A stretch of DNA of 64,000 nt from an uncultured virus (IMG/VR IMGVR_UViG_3300044630_006741) (Duplodnaviria; Heunggongvirae; Uroviricota; Caudoviricetes), in IMG/VR virus record IMGVR_UViG_3300044630_006741; one strand, given 5' to 3'. A model generated the notes under the pieces. The model was not told the origin of the DNA, made no database searches, and worked only from the letters and a program-made list of their open reading frames with translations. Of this stretch, positions 58,172 to 64,000 are shown piece after piece (position 1 is the stretch's first letter; each line of letters opens with the position of its first letter). Both the position numbers and the translations under genes were made by a program.

Positions 58172-58636
58172 ATGACAAGCAGAAAACAAGCGATATTGGA
58201 AATATTTAAGAATCATCCTGATTCTTTTTTTATAGCTAGCACGGGATACATTTCGAGGGCTGTATTTGAATTATTTCCTGATAATAAAAATATATTCTAT
58301 ATGCAAGGAAGCATGGGTATGGCTCCTGCTATAGGTTTAGGTTTAGCATCACAAACAGACAAGAACGTAGTGGTAATATCCGGTGATGGTTCATTGCTTA
58401 TGCATCTGGGGATTACCCACACGATAAGAGATCTGAATCTTCCAAATTTATTCAATTATGTTCTAGATAATGGTACGCACGAGTCAGTGGGTGCATATCC
58501 TGTAAGCGATCTTGAAATGGAATATCCGGGAATAGATAGGATATTTAAAATTACAAATGATGGTAAGCCACCTAGAGTGGGTATGGATTTTAAAACCAAT
58601 AAGGAATGCTTCATAAAAGAATTAAAAGGACTATAG
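58172..58636 (+). CDS. phosphonopyruvate decarboxylase, TPP-binding subunit
   Basis: STGYISR, FYMQGSMG, GDGSLLM, DNGTHESVG. Confidence 0.85.
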   Translation: MTSRKQAILEIFKNHPDSFFIASTGYISRAVFELFPDNKNIFYMQGSMGMAPAIGLGLASQTDKNVVVISGDGSLLMHLGITHTIRDLNLPNLFNYVLDNGTHESVGAYPVSDLEMEYPGIDRIFKITNDGKPPRVGMDFKTNKECFIKELKGL

Positions 58637-59394
58637 TTTGTTCACAGTCAACAAAAAAATTCATAGAGGGTAATGCAGGTGACGAATATATCATAGTAAC
58701 AGGACCTCCTGATGAAAAAATATTAGACCTTGTCGATAGTATAGAAAATGTAATATGTATCGGCGGAGGCGCGGTTATAGATTATGCTAAGATAATTTCT
58801 AAGGGTCCAATAGAAATATGCTATCCAACTACCGCATCAGGATCATCAGAAACTTCACATGCAGTTTATTGGATCGGTAACAATAAAATGGGGATTAAAA
58901 GATTTATTCCGAAAGAGGTTAGAATAATCGAAGAATCACTAGTTGGTCTTTCCGATGATATGATTCTATGGACCAAATGCGATATGATAGCTCATTGCTT
59001 AGATGTTAAATGGTCATCCGGAGCAACAATAGATAGCATAGGATTAGCAGATGGAGCATTAGATTTAATAGGATCATCAGACTCCAATCTATCACTGGTG
59101 AATGCTGGTATAATTGCTGGGAGAGCAATAGAAATTACCCCGACGACGATACTGCATTCCTTATCATATCCACTTACAGGTTTTTATAATATATCTCACG
59201 GAAAAGCTCTGTCATATCTTATACCAAAATTAGCAAACCATCTGAATCAAAAAATACCTAATATCAAATATGTTGAGTATATTGGAGAAATAGATTGGGA
59301 TTTGGTTGTAGATAAGGCTTATGAGTATGATAAAATTTCTAATGTAAACTTCAATATCAATAAAGAAGATTTGATAAAAATATTAAGCCGATGA
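58606..59394 (+). CDS. iron-containing alcohol dehydrogenase (phosphonoacetaldehyde reductase-like)
   Basis: GGGAVID.AK, PTTASGS, D..AH, HSLSYP, HG. Confidence 0.75.
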   Translation: MLHKRIKRTIVCSQSTKKFIEGNAGDEYIIVTGPPDEKILDLVDSIENVICIGGGAVIDYAKIISKGPIEICYPTTASGSSETSHAVYWIGNNKMGIKRFIPKEVRIIEESLVGLSDDMILWTKCDMIAHCLDVKWSSGATIDSIGLADGALDLIGSSDSNLSLVNAGIIAGRAIEITPTTILHSLSYPLTGFYNISHGKALSYLIPKLANHLNQKIPNIKYVEYIGEIDWDLVVDKAYEYDKISNVNFNINKEDLIKILSR

Positions 59395-59473
59395 AAATAG
59401 CAATTTATTGGAATAATTTAGGATCAACGTAGTACAAGTACTAACGGAAAGTTACTAATTTTTTAAATGACGT

Positions 59474-60160
59474 ATGAATATTTGCATAAATTTAATAGCT
59501 ACAGGTAAATACGTAGATTTTTTAGACGGGATAATAGAAAGCTCCGAGAAAAATTTTTTTCCTAATGATTCAGTTTATTATATTATCCACACAGATTGCA
59601 CGGACCGGGTATTTCCAAAAAATTCAATAATTAATAGAATAGATTTTGAGGAGTGGCCAAATCCAACTCTTAAAAGATTCCATTATTTTTTAATGGCTGA
59701 GGATGATATATTGAAGTCCGATTTTTCTTTTTATGTTGATGTAGATAGTTTATTTGTTAACCTTATAGATTTTGAATTAGAACCAATAAAGGGTATAATA
59801 TCAACTTTGCATCCTGGATTTTACGGTACCTCCGGAACTCCGGAAAGAAATCCTAATTCTAAATCATATTTACCAATTGGTTCCCAAAATTTATATTTCT
59901 GCGGTGGATTTTTTGGAGGTGATTCTGTATCCTTTGTCAAGATGTCAAGGAGGATAAAAGAAAATATAGATGATGATCTAAAGAATGGTATTATAGCAAT
60001 ATGGCACGACGAATCCCATCTAAATCACTACCTTTTCTACAATCCTCCTGCAAATATATTAGGGAACTATTTCGCTATATCGCAAAATCAAATTAACCAG
60101 CACCCTGATTCTAGGATAGTTTTTCTAGATAAGAACCACAAACATTTAAGAAAAAAATAA
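59474..60160 (+). CDS. GT6 (ABO-like) glycosyltransferase
   Basis: IATGKY, DVD, GGFFGG, WHDESHLN. Confidence 0.9.
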   Translation: MNICINLIATGKYVDFLDGIIESSEKNFFPNDSVYYIIHTDCTDRVFPKNSIINRIDFEEWPNPTLKRFHYFLMAEDDILKSDFSFYVDVDSLFVNLIDFELEPIKGIISTLHPGFYGTSGTPERNPNSKSYLPIGSQNLYFCGGFFGGDSVSFVKMSRRIKENIDDDLKNGIIAIWHDESHLNHYLFYNPPANILGNYFAISQNQINQHPDSRIVFLDKNHKHLRKK

Positions 60161-60167
60161 AATAAAA

Positions 60168-61007
60168 ATGATAGATTTAAGAAAATGCACGTTCATAATT
60201 CCTATAAAGGTAGAACACGAGGATAGACTTAAAAATCTAAGGACAACATTAGGTTATCTTAACCATCACTTTATAACAAATGTAATACTCTACGAAATAG
60301 AGGATCCCGTTTCTCTGGAAATAAAAAATAAAAATATAGACCTCTATAATCTTAGTTTATTACCCAATCTAAATCTACATCACATTTTAAAAAAATTAGA
60401 ATCTATTGATTTTTTTCATAGGACAATGTATCTAAACGAAATGCTAGAAATGGTTGAAACGGAGGTAGTTTGTAACTATGATATAGATGTCGTTCTACCG
60501 GTTGAATCCTACGTTGAAGCAGTAGATAAAATATCTGGCGGTGAATTGGACGTGGTCTATCCATTTTCATTCGGGGCTAGTCAATTTCAAGTTTTTCAAA
60601 ATCTAGACCGAGACGGATTTGAAAAAAATTGGGATCTTTCTGAAATAATATCGCAGGATGAGAAGATAAATCGGTATTATTCTGAATATGGTCACTGTAT
60701 ATTTTTTAATACTGGTGTTTATAGAGAGCTAGGTGGTGAAAATGAAAATTTTAAATCATACGGTCCCGAAGATAAAGAAAGAGGAACTAGGTTCATAAAA
60801 TTAGATAAAAAAGTAGAATGGCTAAAGGGTGACGTTTTCCATTTTGAGCATTACCGCAGCAACGATAGCTCACCATCAAATCCCAATATAGATTTCAACA
60901 ACTATCTATTTTCGAAATTATCAAATAAAACAAAAGAGGAGCTTTTTGACTATTACGCTAATGTGGAATATAGAAAGAAATATAGCAAGATGTCCAGTCA
61001 CAATTAA
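60168..61007 (+). CDS. GT2/GT7C-like glycosyltransferase
   Basis: NYDIDV, GGENENFKSYGPED.ER. Confidence 0.75.
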   Translation: MIDLRKCTFIIPIKVEHEDRLKNLRTTLGYLNHHFITNVILYEIEDPVSLEIKNKNIDLYNLSLLPNLNLHHILKKLESIDFFHRTMYLNEMLEMVETEVVCNYDIDVVLPVESYVEAVDKISGGELDVVYPFSFGASQFQVFQNLDRDGFEKNWDLSEIISQDEKINRYYSEYGHCIFFNTGVYRELGGENENFKSYGPEDKERGTRFIKLDKKVEWLKGDVFHFEHYRSNDSSPSNPNIDFNNYLFSKLSNKTKEELFDYYANVEYRKKYSKMSSHN

Positions 61008-61019
61008 CTAGATCAAATA

Positions 61020-61754
61020 ATGAAGACAGGCGTTATTTTCTATCATAAAAACTCCAGTATCTTATATGAAAAAAGATGGATTGATAAATGCATAGATACT
61101 ATATTGAATCAATCCTATCCTGATTTTAATATCTATGAACTGAATTATGGCGGAGATGATTTTTCTATATTTTCCGGAATTAATCACAATAGGGATTTAA
61201 ATTTTTACAGCAAAAAATTTGAAAATCATGCGGAGGCAATGAACTTTATAATAGATACTGCCTTTTGTGAAGGATGTGATGTAGTTTTTAATACTAATGT
61301 GGATGACTTCTATTCATTGGATAGGTTTAAGGAGCAATTAGAAATACTATCAAAGGGGTATGATCTAGTTTCCTCTGATTTTTACTATGTAAAAGATTTT
61401 AACGAGAAAGAGTTGGACGTCGTAACTAATGGTCTTTGTGTTTCTAATGAAGGCTCAATAGAAGATGCATTGGAAAAAAACAATAACGTGATAGCTCATC
61501 CGTGTGTTGCTTTTAGCAAAAAATTCTGGGGTAGCAATAGATACAATCCTGAAGAAATACCGGAGGAGGATCTTCTGCTCTGGAAAAGAGGAATTGAATC
61601 CGGTATGAAATTTTACATAATACCGGAAAAGCTACTTTTTTATAGAATACACCAAAATCAGATATCATCTTCCCCTGTTCTATTGGAGGAAAAGAAAGTA
61701 GATAATTCAAGTAAAAGCGGGGGAAGTGTGTGGTTTAATGATTATAATATTTAA
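61020..61754 (+). CDS. GT2-like glycosyltransferase
   Basis: NVDD, IAHP, EDLLLW, YRIH. Confidence 0.7.
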   Translation: MKTGVIFYHKNSSILYEKRWIDKCIDTILNQSYPDFNIYELNYGGDDFSIFSGINHNRDLNFYSKKFENHAEAMNFIIDTAFCEGCDVVFNTNVDDFYSLDRFKEQLEILSKGYDLVSSDFYYVKDFNEKELDVVTNGLCVSNEGSIEDALEKNNNVIAHPCVAFSKKFWGSNRYNPEEIPEEDLLLWKRGIESGMKFYIIPEKLLFYRIHQNQISSSPVLLEEKKVDNSSKSGGSVWFNDYNI

Positions 61755-61759
61755 AAACA

Positions 61760-62743
61760 ATGAATAAAAGAGCTCTTATAACGGGTATTAACGGACAGGA
61801 TGGATCTTATCTTGCAGAATTTCTAATCGACAAGGGGTATGATGTATTTGGTACAGTTAAAAGAAATTCAGTAGCAGAGAACCAAACTGCCAGGCTTGAT
61901 TCAGTTTATGATAAGATCGGAAAGAATCTAATTTATGCAGATCTTACTGATATGTCTTCCCTGCTGAATGCTTTGAGAATCTCTAACCCGGATGAGGTTT
62001 ATAATCTAGCTGCACAGTCTCACGTTAGAATATCTTTTGACCAGCCAATCTATACAGCTAATGCTACAGGTTTAGGAACTCTTAATCTTCTAGAAGCAGT
62101 TAGATCTTTCAATCCAAAGATAAAGATCTACCAAGCATCATCTTCTGAGATGTTTGGTAACTCCATAGACTCCGATGGATTCCAAAGAGAATCCACGCCT
62201 TTGAATCCAGTTTCACCCTATGGCTGTGCAAAAGTTTTCTCCTATAATATCTGCAGAAACTACAGAAACTCGTACGGGATGTATATTTCAAACGGTATTC
62301 TATTCAATCACGAGTCACCCAGAAGAGGAACTAATTTTGTAACCAATAAGGTATGCAAAGAAGCGGTAAAGATCAAATTAGGTCTATCTAACAAACTAGC
62401 TCTTGGAAATCTAGATGCTACAAGAGACTGGGGACACGCTAAAGACTACGTGGAGGCGATGTGGCTCATACTTCAGCAGGAATCTCCGGAGGACTATGTT
62501 TGCTCTACCGGTGTATCGCATTCTGTGGAGGATCTAGTTGAGTATGTGTTTAGTAAACTGGGTCTTGATTGGAAAGGCTATGTGGTACAGGATGAAAAAT
62601 TCCTTCGTCCAGAGGAGCTTGATGATTTAAAAGGAGACAGCAGAAAGCTTCGGTCTTTAACGGGATGGTCCCCTAAATACACATTCGAAACTATGCTCGA
62701 CGAGATGATAGAGCATTGGCTAAGTTACTACTCCGGTAAATAG
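61760..62743 (+). CDS. gmd: GDP-mannose 4,6-dehydratase
   Basis: GINGQDGSYL, NLAAQSHV, SPYGCAK, FNHESPRRG, RDWGHA. Confidence 0.95.
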   Translation: MNKRALITGINGQDGSYLAEFLIDKGYDVFGTVKRNSVAENQTARLDSVYDKIGKNLIYADLTDMSSLLNALRISNPDEVYNLAAQSHVRISFDQPIYTANATGLGTLNLLEAVRSFNPKIKIYQASSSEMFGNSIDSDGFQRESTPLNPVSPYGCAKVFSYNICRNYRNSYGMYISNGILFNHESPRRGTNFVTNKVCKEAVKIKLGLSNKLALGNLDATRDWGHAKDYVEAMWLILQQESPEDYVCSTGVSHSVEDLVEYVFSKLGLDWKGYVVQDEKFLRPEELDDLKGDSRKLRSLTGWSPKYTFETMLDEMIEHWLSYYSGK

Positions 62744-62798
62744 AGACAAAGAGGATTGAAAATGGTTGGATATATAATATTGCAAAAAAATCCAATCA

Positions 62799-64000
62799 AT
62801 GAGAAAAATAGTCTCCTTTTCACTTTTTAATAAAATATTAGAAGGCGAGCAAACATACGAGGAACTCGTTCCGGAGTTCTCTGAGTACAACTCCATACTA
62901 TCCACATTTCTTAATACCACAACTTCCATTCTTACGAGAACTAAGGGTATTGACAGGGAAGAGTTAGCAAATCTAGTTGATGATATAAAAACAGTTCCTT
63001 TAGCAGGCAAGGCTAATGCACTAACGAAAGTCTTTGACGGCGTCATAAAATACGAAAATCCAGATTTAGATCCCGCTGTAAAGAGTAAGTTAAATGAGAT
63101 TCAAGCGGAGATTAAAAAGATAGAGCCTCTCCTATCTGAACTCATTGCACAGGAGGAAGATGTAGAGGTTAAGGAAAAATTACTAGACTTTATATCTAAA
63201 TGGTGCGATAAGAGCAGGGATGTGATTCTAAAACCAGAAGACGTAAAGGAGTCTTTAAGAATTTTCGAATCGATTAAGCTCGATCCTAGAAACATGTTCA
63301 ATGTTTTCAGCTCAGATGTTTCTAATCTTTTAACACAGGCCAATGCAGTAAAAACTGACATTGATGCACTCTACAATAATCCAACCAGTGCTAGATTAAA
63401 GAGAAGTATAGATCCCTATAAAAGAAAAATAGATTTGTTAGTAGACGAGCTTCAAACCGGAAATGGGCAGGGCGTAAATTGGTCTATACTCAATAGACCG
63501 CAGGCAAAAGAAAGAATATCTTTTATTCAAAATGCAATAAGGGATATAGTTAACGACTACACGGAGATAAGCTTCAAGGAAACTGCTTATGATGGTAGGA
63601 TTAAACCTATAATGGCTAAATTAAGCTCCGTAACAGACAGAATAAACGTTCTGTTTTCAGATCTATTAAAAATAGAAAAGGAGATAGAGGAAGAAAAAGC
63701 TATATCTGCATCAACGAAGGAGGCTAATCTTGACTGGAGCATGAAAACCGACTTTAATGAAATAATTGGGCAGAGAAAGGGGAAATGGTACGTGCCAGGT
63801 TCTATAGGAGGGAATTTTACATTACAAGAATCATCAATAAGCTTTGGTCCAGATGATCTTTTAAAAGGGGACACATCCTCTTACAAATTAGAAAATAGCA
63901 AATGGTATACAGTCAAAGGCGAACTCGTAGATTTCGATTCAAAAGAATGGACTGAAATAACAGACCCTGAGTCTATTAAGATTTTAAATAATGCATACGC
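62799..64000 (+). CDS. tagged hypothetical protein, runs off the window end
   Basis: MRKIVSFSLFNKILE behind GATATATA at 62769; last codons in this frame read ...ESIKILNNAY. Confidence 0.75.
   Translation, partial: MRKIVSFSLFNKILEGEQTYEELVPEFSEYNSILSTFLNTTTSILTRTKGIDREELANLVDDIKTVPLAGKANALTKVFDGVIKYENPDLDPAVKSKLNEIQAEIKKIEPLLSELIAQEEDVEVKEKLLDFISKWCDKSRDVILKPEDVKESLRIFESIKLDPRNMFNVFSSDVSNLLTQANAVKTDIDALYNNPTSARLKRSIDPYKRKIDLLVDELQTGNGQGVNWSILNRPQAKERISFIQNAIRDIVNDYTEISFKETAYDGRIKPIMAKLSSVTDRINVLFSDLLKIEKEIEEEKAISASTKEANLDWSMKTDFNEIIGQRKGKWYVPGSIGGNFTLQESSISFGPDDLLKGDTSSYKLENSKWYTVKGELVDFDSKEWTEITDPESIKILNNAY

Noticed and set aside
62720..63874. Minus-strand ORFs at the window end
   Set aside because: Antisense to the long plus-strand ORF starting at 62799, which the ORF track missed because it has no stop in the window.
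1..64000. Genome-wide TAG or TGA recoding
   Set aside because: LRR paralogues end at the same position with TGA or TAG, conserved enzymes are intact in code 11, and no suppressor tRNA is seen; only one isolated in-frame TAG.

Overview
This window is best read as part of a very large (jumbo/huge) tailed-phage genome in genetic code 11. The host is probably a Bacteroidetes, based on TAnnTTTG -7 promoter elements, A-rich leaders without Shine-Dalgarno sites, and a phage bS21 gene. Layout: (1) 1-2.8 kb, an array of small early genes each with its own copy of a CGG-N8-CGG-N10-TAyATTTG promoter, followed by a GC-rich palindromic/repeat block. (2) 3.3-29 kb, genes mostly behind a GATATATA late-type motif whose products share an N-terminal 'MKHIKxF..F/L.E' tag resembling the T4 capsid-targeting sequence; these include five variable LRR-like paralogues, an ART-like protein, peptidases and a lytic transglycosylase. 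(3) 32.2-36.6 kb, 22 canonical tRNAs, plus four of five tRNA-scaffold RNAs with variable inserts (the fifth is at 28.7 kb). (4) Ferritin, ClpC and bS21. (5) A 20-kb glycan island (GT2/6/7/11, NeuB/SpsF, Gmd, and an apparently complete 2-hydroxyethylphosphonate pathway). The most striking signal is that each of the two tRNA operons is preceded by an unannotated short leader ORF with overlapping antiterminator/terminator hairpins, and the sensor segment of each leader uses only the amino acids served by the tRNAs of its own operon. This suggests a ribosome-stalling attenuator that switches on phage tRNA operons when the matching tRNAs are depleted. All calls were made by eye; no database searches were run.
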